Shown here piece after piece: positions 14,763-30,505 of a DNA stretch of 64,000 nucleotides (its first letter is position 1; the number at the start of each line of letters is the position of its first letter). Made by a program: the position numbers and the translations under genes. Source of the stretch: the human T2T-CHM13v2.0 reference genome, Homo sapiens; NCBI RefSeq assembly GCF_009914755.1, contig NC_060940.1, one strand, 5' to 3'. The notes under the pieces are model-generated. The model searched no databases, was not told the origin of the DNA, and saw only the letters and a program-made list of their open reading frames with translations.

Positions 14763-16244
14763 TGCATCAACAGCGTAAGAGACGGACCTCATGCCGTTAG
14801 GAGCCAGGGCCAGGGTCATGCGGGTGCTTCATCTCAAGGCACTGACGGGGACCACAGTGAATTTAAGTCTAAAATTTAATCATAAAAGTTCAGGTGAATT
14901 TCATATTTGGTTTCATTTTCAATTCATTTTTAAAATATGAAAGCAGTTTTTATCGTTTTTTTTCTCAGTTATTTTATCTTTCCACATTCAGACCTCTCAG
15001 AGAAACACACCCCCAGCCCAGGAAGTTCTGTGTTGTTTATCTTGTGAGTTACACTTGGGCCATTCCTACCTGGGGTGGAGAGCTGTGGCTCTAATGGAAA
15101 GTGTGTCTGAAAACATAATCATCTCTGAATGACACAGTCATTCACACCTTAGTCTAAACAAGCACATGCTCTAGAAGTTCACAGAAAGCACAGTAGCCTG
15201 GGAGTCAGGTGTCAGGGGACTAGAGCCCTTCACTGGGCTCTGCTACTTAATCTCTGTGTGGTCTTTGGTGAGTAACTTCCTCTCCATGAGCTCCAGCCAC
15301 CAAATCTGAGAAACCAACTGGACCAGATAGATCAGTGGTTTATCAACTGTATTCTGGAGGACCCTGGGGGTCTCAGGGGAAAAGATGAGGCTCTTTATCT
15401 CCCCCTCTGAACAACCAGCTTGGTTCCACCAGGGCTCTCCCTTTGATCTGCTTTATAGATTAGTGGTCTGGGTAACATTTCAGGGTTTTGATAGTACCCA
15501 AGTCATTAAACATCTCTTCTGGGTCATTTTTTAGGTCCTTTTTGGCCAGGGTAACTCCTTGCACTTGGCCCCCTTGCTGGAGAGAAGCGCTTGGGGCGTT
15601 GGAGGAATCATCCCGGGCAGGTGCCCTTGTTGGCTGTGAACCTGGGAGCCTGGGCACAGCCTTGCAGTGGGCGGTGTGAGGGCACAGCACCCAGCTGTGA
15701 CAGGAAGCCGGTGACTAAGGATGTGCTTCCCAATTTTGAGAGGGTTAAGGACAATTATTTATTTTGAGTGTGCCCCAGATTGTCGTCATCCTTCCCGTCC
15801 TTGGCAGAGGCTCTGATGACAGCATCCTCCGCCTGGCTCCACTTCCTGGCTGCTCAGCTTCCTCCATCTGACATGCTGGAGTTTGGCTGCCTTTGCATGT
15901 ACGGTCGACTTTCAGTAGGTAGATGGTGGAAACTTAAATGTCCACAATAGGGGAATTATTCAATCTATCATTGTGCCTCTGTCCCAAGGATAGACGTACA
16001 GAGCGGTTAGAACAAGAGATACATCTGTGTGATGGGCATTAAAATATCCCCACAACTCAGCTGAACTCTAAAGCAAGCAAGTTGGAAAACTAAGGTCTGC
16101 TGTGATCGTCTTTATACTAAATGTGCACTTGTACTTGTTGGGTACCTGTATAAGTAAATGCATAGCAGAGGGTCTCCAAGTCTTCATGCCAAGCTGCGAA
16201 TAGGACTTACCTTTGGGGACAAGACTAGGGTGTGAAAGCATTGC

Positions 16245-16440
16245 TAATTCCCACTGTGTGCAGGCTCAGAGCTAAGCATTTTTTAGGCATTATTACATTT
16301 CATCCTTAAACAGATATTTGAGGTACAGATGAGGAAACTGAGTCACAGAGAGGGCAAGTAAGTTGTCCAAAGACACACGTCTAGTAAGGGATGGAGGTGA
16401 GATCCAAACTCAGGAGTCTCTGCTTTGAAACCTTCAGCGC
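16245..16440 (-). mobile_element. MIR SINE
   Basis: acagatgaggaaactgagtcacagagagggcaagtaagttgtccaaag. Confidence 0.8.
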
Positions 16441-17044
16441 CTCTGTGATGAAAGGGACTTTTGCTTTGTGCCCTATGCACTTATATATAACTTGAATATT
16501 TTATCCTGAGGATGTACTCATGCATGACTTGTATAATAAGGTAGGAAATTTTAAAGAGATAAAGAATGCTTTGTGATGTCACCTTTTTATGCACTAAAAT
16601 GGCACTGCCCATCACTTGAGGTTTGGCAATAAAGATCTGGATTTTTTTTATCAATCAGTGGCGGAAAGCATGGCTTGAGCTTTGGAACTCCCTTGGAGAG
16701 GCCTCGTAGACCATGAGTCATTTACACCATAGTGTGAAATAGATACGCCACTGGAGAGGACAGGATGCTGAAGGAGGAAGAGGGACTGAGGAATCAGAAG
16801 AGCTAGTATGGGGTCCTGGCTCTTTGTATTTGACAGCCTGGTCTTTATCTGTATAGAGAGAGACTCAGTAAAAGGCAGGGCAGACCCTATGCCCTTGGGT
16901 GAGTCATCATCACATCCATGCATATTATGCCGAGTCTGAATTTTATCCTAGCAAATCTCTCCGTAAGCTACAGTGACGACAATACAAATAATTAATATTT
17001 ATTTAGTATTTACTTAGGGCCAGCTGCTGTCCTTAGCAAATTGT

Positions 17045-17200
17045 GTCTAAAACCCTAACAGGCACATAAATCACTTGGAGATCTGGCTCACGTGCAGATT
17101 TGCACTCAGTAGGTCTGGGGCAGGGCTCAAGATTCTGCATTTCTAGCAAGCTCCCTGGTGAAGCTGAGGCTGCAGGCCCATAGACCACACTGGGTAGTGA
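17045..17200. mobile_element. MER5A/B DNA transposon
   Basis: tcagtaggtctggggcagggctcaagattctgcatttctagcaagctccctggtgaagctgaggctgc. Confidence 0.85.
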
Positions 17201-17527
17201 GGATGAAGAGGTCAAGGCATAGGCTGCTGGGGCTCGAGCCTGCATCCCTTCCATGTGGGACCTTAGCTGTGCTAACTCCCCCATAGGGTTGTTACAAACA
17301 TTAAATCAAATAATGCACAGGCAGACTCTTGGCATGGTGCCCAAGGCATAGCAAGAGCCTGTTGAATGGAAGTGATGATGGTGATTAATGTCGCTTCATA
17401 ATCTCTCAACAACTCTGGAAGTTAGGTCCTGGGATGCCCCCTTATTTGACAGATGGTAGAACCAAGGCTCAGAGAGGCTAAAAGCTCCCTCAAGGTCTTG
17501 CAACCAAAAAACAGGCTGGCTAACTCC

Positions 17528-17750
17528 AGCGTGGGATTCTCAGTCTTGGCGCTATTGACATTTGGGGCTGATCATTCTTTGCTGTGGTGTCTGTCATGTG
17601 CTTGTGGGAGCTTTTGTGGCATTCCTGTCCTCTACTCAGTGGACGTCAGTAGCATCTTCATCTCCCCAAACTGGGACAACCGAAAATGTCTCCAGACATT
17701 GCCAGATGCCCCTGGGAGAACAAAATCACCCCCCTGGTTGGGAAGCCCTG
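17528..17750. mobile_element. MER20 DNA transposon
   Basis: gctattgacatttggggctg...aaaatgtctccagacattgccagatgcccctggg. Confidence 0.88.
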
Positions 17751-19424
17751 CAGAACTTTATAAGGTGGTGTCCCTCCAATGGGGCAGTCTGTTTTTCCAG
17801 GCTTCACAGAAACTTAATATGTCATTCAGGCCATCTAAGAGTTAACTGAGGCTTCATCAGTAATTGACAACATTGTCTCTAATGCTGTGATCAAGGGTAC
17901 CACATCTTTTATGTTTTTAAAAAATGCTCAAATAGTTCCAATTCAGCTGTTATTCAACTGTTATTCTGCTCTTTGAAAACTATTCGGGCTGATATTATGT
18001 ATTACCACTTGTTTGCATTTAGTGCTATGAAATCATGCCATTTTCATCTTTTTTTTTTTTCAAAGAGATGTTGCCAACACTATTTTTAAGTATGCTTTTA
18101 TTTGCCTTCTGGTATCTACATATAATGGAACTTCTGGAAAGTAGAATTTATGATTTGCAATCTGTGGCCATTTCTGTAGCGTTCTGATTTGCAAACAGGA
18201 CTCACCTCCTCGTCTGTACTTTCCTTGCTTGCTACCTTAGGTTTGACTAATTTAAGGTTCTAGTAGATGTACTTGCAGAATGTTGCTTCATTTGTCACTA
18301 AAGCTGCCTGAACAGCTTCAATGAAATTGTGCTGACCTCATTTAATTATTTGTAAAACCCGTGTTCTGATTCAGTTGGCAAGGTTTTCGGTATCTTTTTA
18401 TGTTTAAGGAAATTAAAGAGCAAACATCAGATAATTTATTGAGTGCTTACAATATGCCACTGTGGTTTATCTCTCTGAATCTTCTAAACATTTATTGGAG
18501 ATAATTTATGCCCATTTTATGGGTAGGAAAATCCAAAGCTTAAGTCTCCTTTTATGATGACGCAGAGAAGAAATGGTAGAGGTGGGATTTGGGTTTCAGA
18601 CCCCAGTGTGCACACTCTGACTGCTTTGCTGGGTTCAATTTAGCCATCAAGAATAAAGTGGCATTAATTTCCTCCCTTGCTCACATGCTATAAAGCGACC
18701 ACCTCTGATTGTTGCTTGATGCCACAGTTTCCAGATGCGGCACAGTCCGTTATTTGGATGTTCCATCTGCCTAATTTCACACTCCAACTGTTGAGAAATG
18801 GCTGGATTTTCAAAGCTATGGAGACACAGCCAACAAGTCTTCACTTACTGGTGGGGAAACAGGAGGAGTAGGGGGCAACCTTGAGGGCCTGGCAAGATCT
18901 GAAATTCATGAATGTATAAGTGGCGCCCACTGGTGTGGGGAAAAGGTGGGCTGTGGGTCTGCCAGGAGGGTGAGATGGCTTACAAAGATGAGAGCCGCTC
19001 AGACCTGAGTTGGCACCACTTTGCTTGCCAAAACTCATCTGGGTCTCCTCTAACCCAAGGCAGCAGGATGGCAGCACAGGCACTACATTTGGGTCTGTTA
19101 GGCCTGGTTAGTTGGCACTGTTAAGCACCAACTGCATGCATGCTATGCAAAACACTAGTTGAATCATATCAAAGACATAGAATATTCAGAGGAAACTGCT
19201 TAAACTTTCTGAGCCTCAGTTTCTCTGTTTGTGAAATGGGGGTAGGAATGCATAGTAAGTCCCTAGGATCAACTGAGCAGGTGCTCATAAAAGCATTTTG
19301 AAACTTAGAAGTTGAATTTCATTGCAACACATGTTTATAAGATGTTTCACACTATGATTTGGGCACTGGGAAAATGAGTTAGACATTGTTTTTTATTAGA
19401 GGACCTCAGCCATTCCCTAGAGAT

Positions 19425-19930
19425 TGTACTAGTCTGGGCTCCTGGGGCTACAAGTGACAGAACTCCAACTCTTACTTTCTTTAGTAGAAAAGAGAGTTTA
19501 TTGGTTGACATAATTAAGATGTCTAACAATATGACTACTTCAGGTAAGGCTTGATCTAGGAGCTTGGCCAGTGTCATCAGGACTCAGGTTTGTTCTCTTT
19601 CTTCTTTGCCTATTCTGCATTCTCCTCCATGCTGGCTTCACTATCAGGAAGTCCCTTTCCACAGGGTGGTACCAGTGGCATCAGGCGCTCAGCTTCCCAG
19701 CTCCCAGCTCTAAGTCCTGCAGAAATGAGTCTATGTGTCCAGGCCACTCCGTCAGGAGTCTTGGGGTTCTGTCTTACTGGCTTTGATTGGGTCATGTGAT
19801 CATTGCTTAGCAATTCCTGCAGCCAAGGGTGGTGCATTGCTCTGACTGGCCACACATGGGTACAGGCTTCTTGCAGAGGTCAGGGTGGAGTCATCTCACT
19901 CCCTACCTGGACTGAAAGTGGGAAGGAAAG
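19425..19930 (-). mobile_element. Old MLT1 (J/K-like) LTR
   Basis: caagtgacagaactccaactc...tttcaggtaaggcttgatctagg...ctctgactggcc. Confidence 0.6.
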
Positions 19931-20404
19931 TCAAGGCTTGTAGCAGCAGCAGTAGCAGCAGCAGCGAATCATCTCAGCTCACTACTGTGGGTATAATGGG
20001 CATACAGTCTGGCCAATGTCAGTCAATAGAGGTTCTCCTAAAGTTGAAAGAAAGGATATAAGTTAAGGCACTAACTTCACCTTGGACAGAAGTGTTCAGA
20101 GAGGCCTTCTAGAAGCAGCAAGTTTTAAGTTGGGTTTTGAAGGGTGCATAGGAGTTTACCAGAGAGAGCAAGAGTAGGCCAGGCAGAGGGACAATCAAGG
20201 TAGAGCATATTAAGAGCCTAGAAACAGAAGAAATTTGAATATGACTCCAAAGGTGATGAGGAGGCATTCTAGGTTTTTGAGCAGAAGAAGTAGTTGATAA
20301 AAATGAAATTTTATGATAGTTTTCGGAGAAGAGCAAATGGGTCACAGGAAAATAGCTTCAGGAGGTTCTCAGGGGTTGGGCTTTTTGGCCCGAACATCAA
20401 AGAT

Positions 20405-20612
20405 ATGGACTAGAGACTCTAGGGCCAGCTACTCACTAGCTGCGTGACTTTTGGCAGGATGCTTCACGTATAAATGTGCCTCATGTATAAATGTGCATAT
20501 TCATCGTAGTGATTCCTACCTCATCAGGTGGTCGTGAGGATTAAATGGGCTAATGTGTATAAAGCACCCAGAACGGTGCCTGGCTCAGTATGTGGCTCAT
20601 CTAACTGTTGGT
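20405..20612 (+). mobile_element. MIR SINE
   Basis: ctcactagctgcgtgact...gtgaggattaaatgggctaatgtgtataaagcac. Confidence 0.75.
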
Positions 20613-22424
20613 CAAATTAAAACAAAATCGCTTACTGCAATCTTTCCCCCTCAGTGTTTTGAGGAAAACCACTTTCATAGGTCGTAATGGGTGTTAACAC
20701 AAAAGAAGAACAGAATAGTCAAATGTATTTTGGTAAATGCCGGGTTCAACATTAGTAATTATTATTGTGGCAAATATGTATTATGTGCTTACCAGGGGCC
20801 AGGCACTATGCTTTACGTGCTTTTTTTCTCATTCAGTTCTCACCACCACCCTGCAGGGTTACACACTGGAAAGTGGCAAGGCCAGGATTAAAAGCTAGAA
20901 GCGACTCAATCCAGATGTGAAGCTACTCCCTTCTAGGCTGCACTGATTACTTTTTCTGCAGGACTTCTCAGAGCCTTTACTATTTACCTGTGTACTTGTA
21001 ATGTCCATTGTCCAGGCAGAGAGGATGTAAAATATTTCCCTAATGTATTGGATTAAAATGTCACTCCACCCTTAGTGTATCTTTTGGGACATGAAACATG
21101 CACTTTGAGCAGAGAGTACTTAACAACAATTAGTAATGAGAAGGTGAATGATAAAGAAACAGAATAATTCGGGGAGCATTCCTCTCAAAGAATGACATGG
21201 CTTTCTCCCCCTTAAATGACCTAGATCAGCCGCCTAATGGGCTGTCAGTGTCCCTTATGTGCCAAAGTGACATGGTCATTACAGAATTTGCCGGAAGGTT
21301 CTTCATCACTCCATCCCATTGTCTCTGTAAGTTTCAGCTTCTCCCTGAATTTTGTAGCCTCTGCTCAGGGAGAAGTGAGCAGGGTCCCATTTAATAGGCT
21401 ATTTGTTATGACCACCCTTCACTCTGCACTCGAGCAGTGGCCTTGTCTGTTTTCCATGAATCCCTCAATCAGCACCAATATTGAAATTGACAAGAGGTGA
21501 ATGCAACTGATATAATGTGTGATTGATTGACCTCGTCTTTTGCTGGAGAGACAAGTGGGGGCAGGAGTGTGGATAAATCTGCGTTCCAGTAAAAATGCTG
21601 AACCATATTTTTTTGTACATCTAAACCACAGATGCAAAGAGAGGAGGAAATGAATGCCTCTTTTAAGCTTCTGCCAACACTTCACGTTGCCTAGGGAAGG
21701 GACTGTGTTTGCCAAGATGGAATAATTTATAATCCTGTTTTGAACTTGGAAAGTTTGCAACTTTTTTTTTTTTTTGGAGGGGGAGTTTATTTAGGTTTAT
21801 TAGTGATCACCCACTAAGAGGTCAAAGCTAGCAATAAGAAAAGAAAATAGGAACTAAAATTGGCAGCTTTGATGGGGATGGAGTGGAGGTTAGAACTGGG
21901 CTTGAGAAGGCTGGGGGTGGGTAGATAGAGCTGGGACTGGGCTTCTCTTCTGCCTCAGGGAAATGACCAGGTGTGGATGGAGAAGGGTCCTGAGAGCATT
22001 GCATCTCAAAGGCCCCAGGGGAAAAGGTAGACGGCCTCAGGTGATTAATGCACGTGGCCCATCCTCACTGCTGAGCCACGCAAGAGGGCTGTTCCTAGTG
22101 CTCCAGCATAGAAGCCAAAGCTGTCAGCTTCATATTCCCGATATTTTCTGCTTTCCCCCCGTAAATCACCTCTCCTGCCCTCCCTACTCTTTGCATTCAG
22201 ACGTTAACTCACTGGCCATCTCACTGCAGCCCCACTCTCTCTTAACCCTTGTGTGACCTTACCCTTGTCCTGGAGGTCCCACTGCCTGGAATGAATGCTC
22301 TTTTCACCTTTACCCCCGGCAGACTCCCACACATCCTCACTTCCCCATGGCCACCTCCTTGATTCCCCCAGCAGGAGTTGTTGCCTCTGTAGCTCACCAG
22401 CCGTACTTCTAAGAACGTACTTTG

Positions 22425-22788
<364 letters not shown>

Positions 22789-23329
22789 TCAAATCTTGGG
22801 GTGTAAGGACTGTGACAGGTTTCTGTTTGTATCATCTAGTACTGTGCTTGGCCCTTAACAGGCTCTTGGTATACGCATGTTGAGGGATGAATAAGTAAGG
22901 CAGTGTTCTCATTTTCAGAATCTGCTGGGAGTTTCATTTTGCTGTAATAGAATTCTTCCACCCCCACCTGTAGAGATTTAAACACACACACTTCTATTTT
23001 CCCTTATAAATAAGTCCAGGAGAGGCCCTCCAAGTTGGCATGGTGACTCTGTAAAGTCATCACAGACCTAGGCACCTTTGGCAATTCATTCTGTTATGCC
23101 TTTGAGGGACATTGTCATGGCCCAGTGTGGCTACTGCTGCTCCAGTTATCACATCTGAGTTTGAGATAGTAGAATTGATGTGATGAAAAGACTGCCTTTA
23201 AAGGGAATTCCTGATATTATATAAGTGCTTGGATTTATATTGCATTGACTGAAACATAATCTCACGGCCACACCTATTGGCAAGGGAGTTTGAGATTCTC
23301 TGAGAGAGGGAGGGGAGTGGATGTCTGGC

Positions 23330-23865
23330 ATGAAAGGTGGAATGTTTCCCCGAAATAATGTTTCCCTGATGATATTCACATCCTAATCTCTGCAACCTGT
23401 GGATATGTTACGTTCCATGGCAAAGGGGCATCAATGTTGTGGGTGGAATTAAGGTTGGTTATTGTCTGACCTTGAGATAGGAAGAGTATCTGGGATTGTC
23501 CCAGCGGGATTGATGTAATCATGAGAGTTCTTACATTTGGAAGAGGCAGACAGCAGGCTCAGAATCAGAGCGATCTCATGGGAGAGAAACTCCGTGGTCT
23601 ACTTTTGGCTTTGAAGGTGGAGGAGGGGACCACAAGCCAAGGAATGCAGGTGGCCTCTAGAAAGTGGGAAAGATAAGAAAATGAAGAAGAAAATGAATAA
23701 TCCCATAGAAACGCCAGGAAGGAACACAACCCTCCTGACACCTTGATTATGGCTCAGGGAGAACTATGTCAGACTTCTGACCTCCAGAAATGTAAGATAG
23801 TACATTTGTGTTTTAAGCCACTAATTTGCATGAATTTGTGACAGCAGTAGCAGGAAACCAGCACA
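23330..23865 (+). mobile_element. MLT1D/E-type solo LTR
   Basis: catcctaatctctgcaacctgtggatatgttac...ttttaagccactaatttgcatgaatttgtgacagcagtagcaggaaac. Confidence 0.85.
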
Positions 23866-24143
23866 TTGGTAGAGGCAGCCAGGGGTCTCTGCCTCACCGT
23901 GCTTCTAGAACACATCTCAGAAGACATAGCACATCCCTTGGTTGGGTTGGGGGCTTCTTTGTAGTGGGAGGCTTCGGACAAAGGCTGATCTCTGCCAAGC
24001 GACAACAAGCTTTTTCTATAAAGGGCCAGGTCCTAAATATGTCAGGCCTTGTGGTCCAATAGGCACAGTCAAGGATGCTGTGTAGGTTCTTTGGTTACCG
24101 TCTCAATGCAATCCTTTAAACACATGAAAATGATTGCTAGTAG

Positions 24144-24548
<405 letters not shown>

Positions 24549-24565
24549 TAAAAATAAAGGTAAGG

Positions 24566-24941
<376 letters not shown>

Positions 24942-24974
24942 TCAGCTTCTCTTCCTCCAATCTTACCTGCATAA

Positions 24975-25185
24975 CAGGCTTTTCGACCTTGGCTCTATGG
25001 ACGTTTGGGGCTGGATCATTCTGTTGTGGGGGTTGCCTTGTGCCTCATACGATGTTGAGCAGCAACCCTGGCCTCCAACCACTTGATGCAAATAGCGCTT
25101 CCCACCCCTGCAGTTGTGAAACCCCAAATGTCTCCAGACATCGCCAAATGTCCTCTGGGAGGCAAAGTCACTCCAGCTGAAAATT
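24975..25185. mobile_element. MER20 DNA transposon
   Basis: ggacgtttggggctggatcattctgttgtgggg...aaatgtctccagacatcgccaaatgtcctctggg. Confidence 0.88.
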
Positions 25186-25206
25186 GACATACTCCTGTGT
25201 ATGTAA

Positions 25207-25654
<448 letters not shown>

Positions 25655-25936
25655 TGCTTTTCTTTTTAAAAATAGGGCTGTACTTTCCATTTTTATTCTG
25701 TAGCTTAAAAACTTTTATTGAAGTATGACATGCCTACAGAAGAAATGCACAGATAATCAGGGCATGGGTTATGAATTCTAACACTGATGAAGTCGCACCC
25801 AGGTTAGGAAAATTTGCTCTTGACAACTTTTAATTTCACAATATATTTTTATGCACTACATATAGTGTTTATATGATATGCTATTTTATAAAATATATAT
25901 GTATGTAAAATATAGTATGTAAATATCGAAAAGTAG

Positions 25937-26377
<441 letters not shown>

Positions 26378-26832
26378 TAACCCCAATCAGTTCACATTAT
26401 TCCCTGGGTCAAATGAATTGTTCCAGAATGGGCCTGTGGCTCAAAGCTGACTCGTCTCCTCACTGGGCTTGAAGGATAGTGCATGTGATGCTGAAGCTGT
26501 GGCAGCCATCTTGTCACCATAAGGGAAAGCTAGGACCCACCCAGAGGAAGCAGAGCATAGGCTTGGAGAGGGAAGACTAGATGCCAGTGGTGCGTTTGGG
26601 GGCCTTATTAAGCCATTCCTGAAGCTAGACCAATCCTGATGCTTTCATTCCAGCATCCCGGCTTGTGAGAAGCTCAACCAACAGGGTACAGTGTCTTCTT
26701 ACTTCCCATCCTCTGAAACTTCACTCCATCTCTAGTGAGACAGCAGGAACATTCCTTGGAAGCAAAACCAGACATACACGTTAGGTTGTGTTAGGAAAGC
26801 CATTTTGCATGAAGTCTTAAAGAAACTTGGGG

Positions 26833-28118
26833 CATTAGTTTACTTGCAGCTGTAAAATATCACCCAAAACTTAACGGTTTAAAACAATTCACATTTATTC
26901 TCTTATAGTACTGGAGGTTAGAAGTCCTACATGGGTCTTATGAAGTTAAAATCAAAGCATCATTGGGGTTATGTTCCTCCTAGAGGCTTTAGGGGAGAAT
27001 CCATTTCCTTCCATTTTCATCTTTGAGAGGCTGCCTGCATTCCTTCACTAGTGGCTTCTGCTTCCGTCTTCAAAGCTAGCCAGGAAGGGTTAAATCCTTC
27101 TCACACTCCACATGTAAGGTCCCTTGGGACTCCACTGGGACCACCCAGATAACCGAGGAGAATCTCCCCATTTTAAGGTCAGCAGCCTTTATTCCATCTG
27201 TGGCTTAATTCTTCTGTGTGCCAGTTCTGGAAGCCAAGGCTCTGAAATCAAGCTATCTCCAGAGTTCGTTCCTCCTGAAGGCTGTCTGTTCCAGGCTCTT
27301 TCTCTTCCAACTTCAGGAGAGCTCAGGTGTCCCTAGGATCACAGGTAGTGTCTTCCCTGTGTCTACATGTCATCTCCCTTCTGTATGTGTCTGTTTTCAT
27401 ATCTAGATTTCCTTTCTTAAAAGAAGGACACATGCCCATCAATTAATGAGTGGATAAAGAAACTATGGTGTGTGTGTATATATATACACACACACCATAT
27501 ATAAAGAAATGAGTGGATAAAGAAACTATGGTGTGTGTGTGTGTATACACACACACACACACACGCACACACATATATATACACACACAATGGAATACTA
27601 CTCAGCCATAAAAAGGAATGATTTAATGGCATTCACAGCGACCTGGATGGAATTTGAGACATTATTCTAAGTGAAGTAACTCAGGGTTGGAAAACCAAAC
27701 ATCACATATTCTAACTCATAAGTGGGAGCTAAGCTATGAGGACGCAAAGGCATAAGAATGATACAATGGACTTTGGGGACTCAGGGGGAAAGGATGGGAG
27801 GAGGATGAGGGATAAAAGACTACAAATTGGGTTCATTATGTACTGCTTGGGTGATGGGTGCACCAAAACCTCACAAATCACCACTAAGGAATTTGTTCAT
27901 GTAACCAAATACCACCTGTTCCTCTAAAACCTATGGAAATAAAAAAATTACTTAAAAAATAAAATAAGGGCATAGTCACATCATATTAGGACTCAGCCTG
28001 GTGACTTCTTATTAACTTCATCATCTGCAAAGGCCGTACTTCCAAATAAAGTCGCATTCATTGGTACTGGAGGTAATACTTGGATATCTTTAGGCAGTGT
28101 AAAATTCTAAACATAACA
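26833..28118 (-). mobile_element. MLT1-family LTR sequences (MLT1D-like then MLT1B/C-like), the second interrupted by L1
   Basis: aaacttaacggtttaaaacaattcacatttattctc...; resumes after the L1 with catctgcaaaggccgtacttccaaataaagtcgcattc. Confidence 0.7.
27433..27965 (+). mobile_element. L1PB-type 3' end (5'-truncated)
   Basis: aatggaatactactcagccataaaaaggaatga...ggactttggggactcagggggaaagg...aaaacctatggaaataaaaaa; degenerate TSD aaaagaaggacaca / aaaataagggcata. Confidence 0.88.
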
Positions 28119-28185
28119 TTTTAGGGGGTGTTACTCTGTCTACCCAATGTGGGATGGAGTATGTCTAATGATATATATATATATA

Positions 28186-28308
28186 TTTTTTTTCTTTTTT
28201 TCTTTTTTTTTTGAGACAGGGTCTCATCGTGTCACCCAGGCTGGAGTGCAGTGGTGCAATCACGACTCACTGAAGCGTCGACCTCCTGGGTTGAAGTGAT
28301 CCTCCTCC
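28186..28308 (-). mobile_element. Partial Alu (J-type right-arm fragment) preceded by (AT)n
   Basis: gagacagggtctc...gtgatcctcct, then truncated. Confidence 0.85.
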
Positions 28309-29349
28309 TATGTCCAAGGAGATTTTTGAAGCTTCTTCAAACCTAGATGTATCGTACCTTTGGGAAAGAAACAAATGCAGATGTAGAAACAAATGTGCTC
28401 ATCTAGGCAAGTAAAGCCTGCCCTCTGCCATCCCTGGGTCTGTTGTACACTCGCCCCTGACCCTGTGGGCAGCAGGAGCACCTCAGGGACCACACAGACT
28501 CCTGTCTCCTCTGTCTGCAACTTGGGCTGTTCAGAATCTTTACATCCTGGCACTTACCTGCTCATTTTGCAACACATGGGTCAGATGGTACTCATTTTTT
28601 CATTCCACATATCTTTATGGAGCCCTAGGGAGGTGTTGAGTGGGATGTGGTACCCCTGAAATAGACATTAGACCTTTGAGAAGAGGTGGCTAAAAGACAT
28701 CCGAGCATGGGAACCTGGAGGCAGAAGAGTGGCGAGGGTGGGGCTGTGGCTCAGGGCCTCAGCAGGTGGATGGCACCTAGAGTGATGGAAATGGACTCTT
28801 GTTCTGTCCCTGCCCCCTCATCCTTTCTCTGATGGCTGTGAGTGCCATCACGGCTGGGCTGTGGCTGTTCTGAGTCACTGTACCCCAGCACTGGACACGG
28901 TGCCCTGTAAAACTTAGGAGCTCCACAATTAGTCATTCATCACATGGATGATTGGGGGTTGGATCCAGCTGTCTCAAGCCGAATACTTGGCAGCTTGGGT
29001 GTATCTGTCCGTGTCCAGGCAGCCCTGCCTGAAGGATCTGCCAAGAAGGTTGATCTCCCTTCTGCTTTTATTCCTACCCCTTCAGTGGTTAAGCAAATAT
29101 GCCTTGCTTGTGATGTTGACAAAGTTGGAAGAGAGTGGGTAGGGAACTGGTGACCAGGGACATCCATTAGACTGTCACTTTTGATGAATGGCTCTTTCTG
29201 AGGATTTTGTCCTGCTCAATGGCTTCTCTCAGCATGGAGCAGACCAGGGCCTGGTGTTGGGATGACATTCTGCTGTGTTGTTACTTCATGTGTCATCCTG
29301 TTGCTCTTTTCAAAAAAAGGAGGTGTTCTGTGTTTTTGTTTTTTTAAAA

Positions 29350-29977
<628 letters not shown>

Positions 29978-30221
29978 AGCCATTTCTTTTAACAATGTTT
30001 ACTGGAAAATTTTAGGACAGCTCACATTGCTCTATTCCCTGCCTTTTTTTGATTTTCTGATCTTCCCCAAATCATTGTGCTTTTCTGATGATCCATTTCT
30101 CATTATATCATCTGGCTCTTCGCTTTTGGACTTGACCCCTGAAACATATCTCAAATCTCTTTTTTACCCCTTCTTCTCTTCTCTTGTCTTGTCTTCTCTT
30201 CTCTCTTCTTTTCTTTCTGTC

Positions 30222-30505
30222 TTTTTTTTTTTTTTTTGACAGGATCTTGCTCTGTTGCCCAGGCTGGAGTGTAGTGGTACAGTCATGGCTCGCTGCATTC
30301 TCGACCTCCTGGGCCCAAGCAATCCTCCTAAGTAGCTGAGACTACAGATGCATGCAACCATATCTGGCTAATTTTTGTATTTTTTGTAGAAATGGGGTCT
30401 CACCATGTTGTCCAGGCTGGTCTTGAACTCCCGGTCTCACGCAGTCTGCCCCACCTTGGCTTCCCAAAATACTGGGATTACAGGTTTGAGCCGCTATGCC
30501 TGGCC
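30222..30505 (-). mobile_element. Alu (AluJ-type)
   Basis: J-type features; CT-rich tail extension. Confidence 0.93.
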
